Positions 18,785 through 26,389 of a stretch of DNA of 64,000 nt are shown in pieces. The stretch's first letter is position 1, and each line of letters begins with the position of its first letter. Below the pieces are notes generated by a model. The model had not been told where the DNA came from. It did not search any database and saw only the letters and a program-made list of their open reading frames with translations. Made by a program: the position numbers and the translations under genes. The DNA is from an uncultured Candidatus Peribacteria bacterium (GTDB lineage Bacteria > Patescibacteriota > Gracilibacteria > Peribacterales > Peribacteraceae): NCBI GenBank assembly GCA_964533375.1, contig CAZHLW010000001.1, positions 144,063 to 208,062 on the forward strand, written 5' to 3'.

Positions 18785-19450
18785 TTAGGCTGCTATGCGG
18801 TTTGCAACTTTGTCCATCAATTGGTCAGAAGCACGCTGGAAAGCAGTTTCCATATCTTTTTTCAGAGTATCTGCCCTGCGTGTTTTCACACTGCGATCAA
18901 ATCCTCTGACCCAAGGTGCAAACAGGGAGGTGATGATGGATTTTCCCGGACGGGTTGTTTTGTCTATCGTTCCCATGTCTGGTAGCAGATCGTGCACGTC
19001 GATACCGCTGTCCTGGAGCAATTTGTAGAATGCATCCAAATCGCTCATCAGCTGGTCGAAATATGCTCCTTCCTGCCTTGCAATCAGATGCGATCCTATG
19101 CCCGCAGGGATCGTTCCGATTGCCGTGAAGTTCAGAAGCGAAAGCATCTGCTGAATATTGGTATCCGTACGCAGTGCTGCAAATGTTTTCCGCATACGGG
19201 CGGCAAGGGAACGGAGTTGTTCGAGTGCGATGTCGCGCGGGAGTTTCACGTCTGCAGGCAGTGCGACAATTGTGTTTATTTGCCGATTTTCCACTGCCAG
19301 TCCTGCCTCTGCACGGCCTTCTTCGGCTGCCAGTTGTTCCGCTGATACATCGATTCCCGCTTTGTGCAGTGCATGGACAGCCGTGTTGACGGATGAACCG
19401 GATTGCTGCTCAGGATTTTCGGCGGTATCGGGGTTATGCATGTGCGTCAT
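18785..19450 (-). CDS. Hypothetical protein (orphan operon gene 2)
   Basis: ORF 18785..19546. Start placed at MTHMHNPDTAEN (19450), but the true start is uncertain. Confidence 0.55.
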   Translation of the reverse strand: MTHMHNPDTAENPEQQSGSSVNTAVHALHKAGIDVSAEQLAAEEGRAEAGLAVENRQINTIVALPADVKLPRDIALEQLRSLAARMRKTFAALRTDTNIQQMLSLLNFTAIGTIPAGIGSHLIARQEGAYFDQLMSDLDAFYKLLQDSGIDVHDLLPDMGTIDKTTRPGKSIITSLFAPWVRGFDRSVKTRRADTLKKDMETAFQRASDQLMDKVANRIAA

Positions 19451-19618
19451 GGTTGTGAGAAAGGAAGGAGTGAAGACGGTCGATCTCAGCGCGTTCCTCG
19501 GAACGCTTTTCTGTTTCCGCACGCATGGCATCTGTCTTCTCTGCAAACGATTGCAAATGCAGCAGGGCGGAGGCTTTTTGGAGCAGTGTGTCGATGGTCA
19601 TGGGAAAAGAGGAAGAGG

Positions 19619-20287
19619 TTAGATGGTCAGGTTGTCCGGGTTGGGTGGGAATTCTACGTCTCTCGGCAGATCCAGGAGCGGCTCTGCTTCTTTCTGCCTC
19701 TGGCCTACCACTTCGTTCCTGCTTTCTTCCGCTTTCCGGATGAGCGTACGCACGGTCTCGGACTGTTCGCTTTCCGGGACAATGGCGTCCATTGAAAATT
19801 CAATATCCATGAATAGTTCACGTTCCATTGCAGCGCCACCGTTGTTCCCTGTCATGCCTTTTACGTAGCGGGGGAGATCTTTTCTCAGCAGTGCGGCACG
19901 ATACTGTTCGACCAGTTCTCCGAGTGTCAGCGAGCGGTCTGACTGCACTTCTGTCACGTGAATTTTCTGTGCAAGCCGCGGAGACGTCCGTTCGATCATT
20001 CTGCGCAATCCTTCGCGTGTCTCATCCAAAAATCGGTTTTCTCCCGCATCTTTGAGCGATGTTTCCAGTACATCAAAGTGCAGGCGTATATCGTTCAATC
20101 CAGTCTGTATTTCAGTGCGCGCCTCCGGCGGAAGGAATTTTCCGTCTGCTTTAAAAAGCTCTGCAACAAGAAGTTCCTGCTGTGCGAGAGGATCTTCCAG
20201 TGTGACTTTTGATTCTTCACCCAACTGGTCCAATTGCTCCCGTGTGGAAGACTGAATGCTTTCTTTGGAAGAGCGTGGTGTTTCCAT
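19619..20287 (-). CDS. Hypothetical protein (orphan operon gene 1)
   Basis: 222-aa acidic, helical ORF. It is the first gene of the minus-strand block and is divergent from hpf. Confidence 0.6.
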   Translation of the reverse strand: METPRSSKESIQSSTREQLDQLGEESKVTLEDPLAQQELLVAELFKADGKFLPPEARTEIQTGLNDIRLHFDVLETSLKDAGENRFLDETREGLRRMIERTSPRLAQKIHVTEVQSDRSLTLGELVEQYRAALLRKDLPRYVKGMTGNNGGAAMERELFMDIEFSMDAIVPESEQSETVRTLIRKAEESRNEVVGQRQKEAEPLLDLPRDVEFPPNPDNLTI

Positions 20288-20409
20288 GGTGTGATGTTTG
20301 TATGAGTAAACTTAATGATATTATACTCTAAATAAAATAATTTCGCAATATATCCGCTTTCTCTTCCGGTTTGTGCTAGGATGGTTTTTGTTCTTTCCCC
20401 CCTGTACCT

Positions 20410-20772
20410 ATGCATATCGAACACTTCGAAAAAGGGCTTACGTATACGGATAAGGAATTGCTGGCTGTTGCCCGCAAGATCGGCAAAATGGCCACGTATT
20501 GCGGCCGGTTGAAAGATGAATCATCAATTATCCGCGTGGAAGCGGAGCGGCGGGACACGAAAAAGGAGAAAGACGCCATCAAAGTAATGATCACGGTTGA
20601 GTTGCCCAAAAAGCAGTTCCGCGCCGAGTCACGCAAAGCGGCTGTAGTGGAAGCGTTTGACCGTGCGATTGAAAAAATTGAACCCCAGCTTATCCGCTAC
20701 AAGGAAATGCGCAGTCTGAAAGGACGTGTGCGCAAGGCACGGACTGAGCGGAATCGTTCCCTCGCCGCCTAA
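20410..20772 (+). CDS. hpf: Ribosome hibernation promoting factor / RaiA family (short form)
   Basis: MHIEHFEKGLTYTDKELLAVARKIGKMATYC...IKVMITVELPKKQFRAESRKAAVVEAFDRAIEKIEPQLIRYKE matches the sigma-54 modulation / S30AE fold pattern. Confidence 0.75.
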   Translation: MHIEHFEKGLTYTDKELLAVARKIGKMATYCGRLKDESSIIRVEAERRDTKKEKDAIKVMITVELPKKQFRAESRKAAVVEAFDRAIEKIEPQLIRYKEMRSLKGRVRKARTERNRSLAA

Positions 20773-20773
20773 C

Positions 20774-22285
20774 ATGATCTACACCTTCCCTCGTGTCAGT
20801 CTCGCTTTGTTCTTCTGTCTTTTTTTTCTGAACACCGCGCAGGCGCAGCCTGCGGATACAGCGCTTTCTGCAGTTATTACCGGTCCGGATGATGTGGCGG
20901 TCGGCCGCACCATTGTGCTGGATGCAACAGTGAACCGGAGTTCGGGAAGTATCCTGTCGTACCAGTGGTTCGTGGGAACGAAGACCCAGCCCATCAGCGA
21001 GACGGTGGAAGCTGTGTACACGCCGGAGACGGCGGGTAGTCTGGAGTTCCGCCTGGTGGTGACTGCGGAAGGTACAGCGGGAGAGGAGCAGACCTCGGAG
21101 ATTACCCATGTGGTGAACGTGTACAACCGCAAAATTGTACTGATTGCATCGACGGCGGTGCCGCCGGAAAAGCTGGTGCTGCATCAGAATATCGCATCCG
21201 ATGCAGGAGTGTTTTTGCGCATCCTCCGGCCAAATCCCTCCACATCTCCCCTGGGTGATGAAGAAGCGCTCAGCATGCTGCTGTCCGAACGTGCCGATGC
21301 CATTGCCGGCGCCGATGCCATTGTGCTCTGGACCGAAGGAATTGCCGGACTGCAGTCGCTGCTCCGTGCGATTTCGGGAAATGCTGAACTGATTGCGGGG
21401 ATGAATAACCAGACGATTGTGCTGGTCACAGACGGCAGTCTGCAGGCGCTGTCTCGCATTGCACGCGGCCAGTATTCCGTGCTCAAGCCGCAGCAGATTG
21501 TGCTCACCAGAAAAGAGGCGATCGATCCGCTTCTGACCGCTGCGAACAGTGAACAGTTCCTGCAGGAACTTCAGACGCGCGATATGGAATACGCTACCAT
21601 CAATGCATCGACTGCGGGACTGCGTCCGTGGAATATCCTGTCGTCACTGGTGAACACCATGCTGACCAAAGGAGTCCCGAGCCAGACGGTGATTCTGCTT
21701 CTGGTGCTGCCCTTCATCGCGCTCATTCTTGCGTTCCTGAAGCAGGTGGTCGGCATCACGACTTTCGGCTTGTACACGCCATCTATCATTACTCTTAGCT
21801 TTCTAGCTTTGGGATGGAAATTGGGCGTATTTTTTCTGCTCTTCATCCTCTTTACCGGTTATGCCACGCGCACGCTCATGAAGCGCTGGCGGCTGCTGTA
21901 CATTCCGAAAGTTGCGGTCATCCTGACAGTCGTCAGCTTCACACTTCTTATTCTGATGGGAGTGAGTGCGGCGTACGGGATTACATTCTCGCGCGAAACA
22001 ATTTTCATTCTCCTCATCATGAGCACGCTGTCGGAAAGTTTCCTGGCGCTTAAGACGGAGGAAGGATGGAAGTCCGCCATCATCGGTGTGTTGGAAACAA
22101 TTGCCGCGTCTCTCATCTGCGTCTTTATTGTGCAGTGGGATGTGTTCCAGTCAGTTATTCTCGCATATCCGGAAATCGTGCTTTTGACCGTGGTGCTGGA
22201 TGTTATGCTGGGACGGTGGACGGGACTCAGGTTGATGGAATATATCCGCTTTAGAGAAGTGTTTAAGCACCTTCAAGAGGAATAA
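20774..22285 (+). CDS. Secreted Ig-like domain + middle domain + 7TM module (7TM of the inactive-transglutaminase-associated type)
   Basis: The ATG at 20774 is 1 nt after the hpf stop. Signal peptide MIYTFPRVSLALFFCLFFLNTAQA. C-terminal 7TM block VVGITTFGLYTPSIITLSF...RWRLLYIPKVAVILTVV...LGRWTGLRLMEYIRF, which I recall as the signature of the 7TM partner of RimK-like ATP-grasp ligases. Confidence 0.7.
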   Translation: MIYTFPRVSLALFFCLFFLNTAQAQPADTALSAVITGPDDVAVGRTIVLDATVNRSSGSILSYQWFVGTKTQPISETVEAVYTPETAGSLEFRLVVTAEGTAGEEQTSEITHVVNVYNRKIVLIASTAVPPEKLVLHQNIASDAGVFLRILRPNPSTSPLGDEEALSMLLSERADAIAGADAIVLWTEGIAGLQSLLRAISGNAELIAGMNNQTIVLVTDGSLQALSRIARGQYSVLKPQQIVLTRKEAIDPLLTAANSEQFLQELQTRDMEYATINASTAGLRPWNILSSLVNTMLTKGVPSQTVILLLVLPFIALILAFLKQVVGITTFGLYTPSIITLSFLALGWKLGVFFLLFILFTGYATRTLMKRWRLLYIPKVAVILTVVSFTLLILMGVSAAYGITFSRETIFILLIMSTLSESFLALKTEEGWKSAIIGVLETIAASLICVFIVQWDVFQSVILAYPEIVLLTVVLDVMLGRWTGLRLMEYIRFREVFKHLQEE

Positions 22286-22346
22286 GGTCAAGGAAAAGGT
22301 TAAGAGTAAGGGAAGGTTCCTTAACCCTAACCTCAACCCAGACCTC
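22284..22346. repeat. Hexamer-periodic palindromic element
   Basis: AAGGTC AAGGAA AAGGTT AAGAGT AAGGGA AGGTTCC followed by TTAACC CTAACC TCAACC CAGACC. It starts inside the TAA stop codon of the 7TM gene. Confidence 0.85.
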
Positions 22347-22356
22347 TCTCGTACAC

Positions 22357-24762
22357 ATGTTCCCTTTTACTTCCAACAAAGGCATCCTCGGACTCAACGC
22401 CCGTAATCTTTTGTACATCAAGCCATATAATCCGCGCAAAGCGGTGGCATTGGCAGATGACAAACTGAAGACCAAAGCATTCCTCGCGGCACGCGGTGTG
22501 CCGGTCGCAAAAATTTATGCGCGCATTGAAAACCGCGATCAGCTCCGCACATTCGATTTCAAAAGTCTACCCGAAGAATGTGTCCTGAAACCCAACTACG
22601 GATTCGGCGGGGAAGGCATCATGATTCTCCGTGGCCGGAATAAACAGGGGCAGTTTCTGGAGCAGGGGAAAAGGCCCATCACAGAAGAAAAAATGCGCGA
22701 GCATATTGAAGATATCCTGGATGGAAAATTCTCCGTGAACGGCCGCGAAGACACGGCGTTCTTCGAAAAAATCCTGGTGGCAGATTCCTGTTTTGCACCG
22801 TTTCATCCTGCTGGATTGCCGGATTTACGCATTGTCGTGTTCAACCTTGTTCCCGTGATGGCAATGCTCCGCATTCCGACGGTTGAGAGCGGCGGCAAAG
22901 CAAACGTGCATCAGGGGGGAATCGGCATCGGCATCGATCTTGCCAAAGGGACGACAACGTACGCCACACAGTACAACAAGATCATTCACCAGTTGCCGCA
23001 CGGCGGCAGCCCCTCCGGTATTGCAATTCCCGGCTGGGAGGAAATTCTTCTCATTGCGTCGCGCATCCAGTACAACACGAACATCGGCTATCTGGCGGTC
23101 GACCTCACCATCGATGCGGATATGGGCCCCGCTCTTCTGGAAGTGAACGCGCGCGCGGGACTGATGGTGCAGGTGGCGAATCTTGCGCCGCTGCGGGCCC
23201 GGCTTGAACGCGTGAGCGGTATTGATGTCACCACACCGGAAAAAGGGGTACGCCTGGCGCAGGATCTGTTCGGGCAGAAGCGCAAAGCACATGCGGAGGG
23301 GGAAGAGGAACGGCCGGTTCTCGGAACACACGAATCGCTTTCTGTTGCGGGAATCGGGGCGACTATTGATGTACCTGCATTACTGTCCGCAGAAGAAGAG
23401 CGCACGATTTTTTCCCCGAGCCTGATTGCCGAACTCCAGAGCATTAGCGGGGCGACAAAGCTGGAAACGGACGAAGAGGGATATCGCGTAAAGTTCGCCC
23501 TCGGCGGACGGAAAATCCAGACGATTGCGAGAGCGGGGGAGGTGCCGCAGCATGTCCGTGCGGTTGTGGGGCGCCGCGATCTGTCGGGATTTTTGATCGA
23601 TCCCGTGAAGACCCCGTCGGTCGTTATGGCCTCGGGAGTGAAGGAAGATCTGCGTGCCATCGATAAGCTGCTTGCGGGGATTGATCACGACCTGCTGCTT
23701 CTCAAATACGTGAAACCCGACAACCTGTTTGAGGAACGCGCCCGCGCCATCGACGATCTGCGCTACAACCCCGTGTTCCAGTATCAGCCGGTCGATGTGA
23801 ATATGGAGGAAATTGAGGAGCGGCTGCTCGGACTTTCCCCGGATGATTCTCCGTTCGGGCTGCTGATGCGGAAAAAATGCAGAGAGCTTTTGCAGCGTAT
23901 TACCGTGCTGCGTTCGCGTGGCAATGCCAGAGCCTTTACCGATGCCTGCAGCGCAATGTACGGCCAGCCGACGTCGGTCCTCCTTTCTGCTGCGTCATCA
24001 GTCCTTCGCAGCCAGCAGGCGTGTGATGTCACACGGCCGGACTCACTCCTGACTGCAGAGCAGATGGAGCCGCTGCTTGAAAAAGTGCTGACTGCGTACG
24101 GTCTGCATGACTGGCATGTCGAGATCCGCGACAGCGTGGTGGCGCGCATTACAGTCGGCAGCAATTCCGTCTACCTCCGCCGCGATGCACTCTTCTCCAA
24201 AGACGATGTGCAGGGTCTCATCGCTCACGAAATTGAAACACATGTTCTCACATCTGAAAACGGCAGTCATCAGCCTTACGAACTCTTCCGCCGCGGCTTT
24301 GCCAACTACATGGACACGCAGGAAGGACTCGCGGTGTATAACCAGAATCGCTTCCTCTCGCCGCATCACGAAAAACGCTATGGTCCGGCACGCAATATTC
24401 TGGGCACAGCCTACGCCCTCGAGCATTCCTTTGCCGATACCCGCCGCTACCTGCACGAAGAGCTCGGCTTCGATGCAGATAAAGCGCTTACCAAAGCCAT
24501 CGACATGAAGCGCGGTCTTGTCCATACATCAGAACCGGGAGGCTTCACCCGCGGTATCGTCTACTTCCGCGGACTGCGCGCCATCGAGCATTTCATTGCC
24601 GAAGGGGGAGATCTGCGTCGCCTCTACATCGGCAAAATCGCACTGGAAGATCTGGACATGCTCAAAGACGTCGCCGGCATTAAAGATCCACTCATTCTGC
24701 CGGAGTTTTTGCGTGAAGAACCTGTTACTCCTGTGAAGAAAAAGCGTACCAAGAAAAACTAG
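22357..24762 (+). CDS. Fusion protein: alpha-L-glutamate-ligase-like ATP-grasp (N-terminal) + DUF1704/QEGLA-motif HExxH carboxypeptidase-like domain (C-terminal)
   Basis: N-terminus: GILGLNARNLLYIKPYNPRKAVALADDKLKTK ... LKPNYGFGGEGI ... LEVNARAGL. C-terminus: LIAHEIETHVL (HExxH) and MDTQEGLAVYNQ (QEGLA motif). Confidence 0.8.
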   Translation: MFPFTSNKGILGLNARNLLYIKPYNPRKAVALADDKLKTKAFLAARGVPVAKIYARIENRDQLRTFDFKSLPEECVLKPNYGFGGEGIMILRGRNKQGQFLEQGKRPITEEKMREHIEDILDGKFSVNGREDTAFFEKILVADSCFAPFHPAGLPDLRIVVFNLVPVMAMLRIPTVESGGKANVHQGGIGIGIDLAKGTTTYATQYNKIIHQLPHGGSPSGIAIPGWEEILLIASRIQYNTNIGYLAVDLTIDADMGPALLEVNARAGLMVQVANLAPLRARLERVSGIDVTTPEKGVRLAQDLFGQKRKAHAEGEEERPVLGTHESLSVAGIGATIDVPALLSAEEERTIFSPSLIAELQSISGATKLETDEEGYRVKFALGGRKIQTIARAGEVPQHVRAVVGRRDLSGFLIDPVKTPSVVMASGVKEDLRAIDKLLAGIDHDLLLLKYVKPDNLFEERARAIDDLRYNPVFQYQPVDVNMEEIEERLLGLSPDDSPFGLLMRKKCRELLQRITVLRSRGNARAFTDACSAMYGQPTSVLLSAASSVLRSQQACDVTRPDSLLTAEQMEPLLEKVLTAYGLHDWHVEIRDSVVARITVGSNSVYLRRDALFSKDDVQGLIAHEIETHVLTSENGSHQPYELFRRGFANYMDTQEGLAVYNQNRFLSPHHEKRYGPARNILGTAYALEHSFADTRRYLHEELGFDADKALTKAIDMKRGLVHTSEPGGFTRGIVYFRGLRAIEHFIAEGGDLRRLYIGKIALEDLDMLKDVAGIKDPLILPEFLREEPVTPVKKKRTKKN

Positions 24763-24793
24763 TGTCATTTCGAGCGTAGTTGAGAAAGACACG
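24763..24793. repeat. REP-like hairpin (GTGTCATTTC / GAAAGACAC stem, GAGCGTAGTTGAG loop)
   Basis: A 10-bp stem with one mismatch, between convergent stops at 24762 and 24796. It probably also acts as a terminator. Confidence 0.6.
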
Positions 24794-24795
24794 TC

Positions 24796-25458
24796 TTACT
24801 CTTTCTTCTCGCCTTCAGCCGGTGCAGCGCCTTCTGCAGCCGGTGCAGCAGCACCTTCAGCGGCAGCAGCTTCACCTTCAACAGGTGCCGGTGCTTCTTC
24901 CTTCTCTTCGCGTGGTTCCTGGGCGATCACAATCACAGAATCGGCTTCTGTCAGAAGCGTGACGCCTGTCGGCATGATCAGGTCGGCAGCGGTCAGTGTG
25001 CCTCCCATGTCGGCCAGTTTGCTCAAGTCCAAAGCCAGGTCGTGCGGCAGATTTGCAGGCAGAGCCTTCACCATCACCGTGTGGAGAGCGGTCACGAGGA
25101 TCGCGCCGTCTTTCACAGCCGGAGATTCATTTTCCATGCGGACGTGTACTTCCGCCTCCACTTCTTTCTTCATGTCCACCGCGTAAAAGTCGACGTGGAT
25201 CATGCGGTCGGAGACCGGATCCAGATCGATATCGTGAAAGAGAGCCGGAATCATTTTTCCATCAACATCCAATTCAACAACGGTGCTTTCACCGGCCTTC
25301 ATGTGGGCTTTCTTCAGCGCAATCTCCTCAATGTGTACGAGGGTGTTCTCTACCTTGTTTCCGTAGATGACCGCCGGAACCTGTCCGCTTCTGCGGAGGT
25401 CTTTCATATTGAGATCCTTGGCACGAGCCGATGCTTTCAGGGCGACAGAGTTGGTCAT
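24796..25458 (-). CDS. rplY: 50S ribosomal protein L25 / general stress protein Ctc
   Basis: LRRSGQVPAVIYGNKVENTLVHIEE...HDIDLDPVSDRMIHVDFYAV, with an Ala/Glu/Pro-rich C-terminal tail. Confidence 0.9.
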   Translation of the reverse strand: MTNSVALKASARAKDLNMKDLRRSGQVPAVIYGNKVENTLVHIEEIALKKAHMKAGESTVVELDVDGKMIPALFHDIDLDPVSDRMIHVDFYAVDMKKEVEAEVHVRMENESPAVKDGAILVTALHTVMVKALPANLPHDLALDLSKLADMGGTLTAADLIMPTGVTLLTEADSVIVIAQEPREEKEEAPAPVEGEAAAAEGAAAPAAEGAAPAEGEKKE

Positions 25459-25550
25459 AGGAAAACGGGGAAGAAACCCTTCAACGGGGCGCTAGGATAA
25501 GGCAGGGGCTGTCTGAATGCAAGCTTTGATTCGGAAGCAGGCCATAGAAT

Positions 25551-26285
25551 TCACCGCCATTTCCAGAAGTACTTTATGGCACTTATTGCGTGAATACGGC
25601 CTGTTTTCTTCAGTAAAACCTTCATTGCATTTCCTTCACTCAGGCGTTTCTTCCTGTCTCCGGCTACAGCTTCCGGCACGTAGCGGACCCGGAAACCTGC
25701 ATTCCAGCACCGGCGGCAGAGGTCCATATCCTCAAAAAAGAGGAAAAAGCGCGGGTCGAAGCCGCCGATTTTCTGCAAAAGATCATTTCTGATCAGCATA
25801 CAGGCTCCAACAACCCAATCGACATCGCGGGCGGTATTCGGGTCAAAGCGGCGCTGAAGGTAAAAATCCATGCGGTCGCTGAAGATAGTCGACAGGAATG
25901 TGCGTTTGATGATGGTATCAAACAGCCGCGGAAAGCTGCGGGCGGAGTCGCGCACTGTGCCGTCCTCATGTACCAGTTTCGGGGCCGCAATTCCGATAGC
26001 AGGATTCTTTTCCATCACGTTCATCATCACTTCCACAGCATCGGGCTGGAGCTCGTTGTCGGGGTTGATAATAAGAATGTAGGTGCTGTCCGCTTGCCGT
26101 AGTCCTACGGCATTCCCTCTCCCGTAGCCGATATTCTCCGCCGTTTCCAAAACCCGGACACGGGGAAGATCGCTCAGGCGGTTACGGATGGTTCCGATGG
26201 AATCATCATCAGAGTGGTTATCAATCACCAGGATTTCCATTCTGTCTGCGATTGTCTGGGCGGAAAGTGCACGCACACAGGCCAC
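25551..26285 (-). CDS. Family 2 glycosyltransferase (N-terminus unresolved)
   Basis: ILVIDNHSDDDS, ENIGYGRGNAVG, LIINPDNE and FFEDMDLCRR are GT2 motifs. The first canonical start (GTG at 26285) lies downstream of the expected first beta strand, which is encoded in frame upstream (AIVLNYKTPKNT). Confidence 0.8.
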   Translation of the reverse strand: MACVRALSAQTIADRMEILVIDNHSDDDSIGTIRNRLSDLPRVRVLETAENIGYGRGNAVGLRQADSTYILIINPDNELQPDAVEVMMNVMEKNPAIGIAAPKLVHEDGTVRDSARSFPRLFDTIIKRTFLSTIFSDRMDFYLQRRFDPNTARDVDWVVGACMLIRNDLLQKIGGFDPRFFLFFEDMDLCRRCWNAGFRVRYVPEAVAGDRKKRLSEGNAMKVLLKKTGRIHAISAIKYFWKWR

Positions 26286-26325
26286 CGTGTTTTTCGGCGT
26301 TTTGTAGTTCAGGACAATGGCTGTT

Positions 26326-26360
26326 ATGAGGGGTGAGGAATGAGGGATGAGGTTGGGGGA
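26326..26360. repeat. Heptamer array ATGAGGG GTGAGGA ATGAGGG ATGAGGT TGGGGGA
   Basis: Five tandem 7-mers in the GT2 / uvrC divergent spacer. Confidence 0.75.
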
Positions 26361-26389
26361 ATATTTCTATGATAGTCTATACTTTTCCT

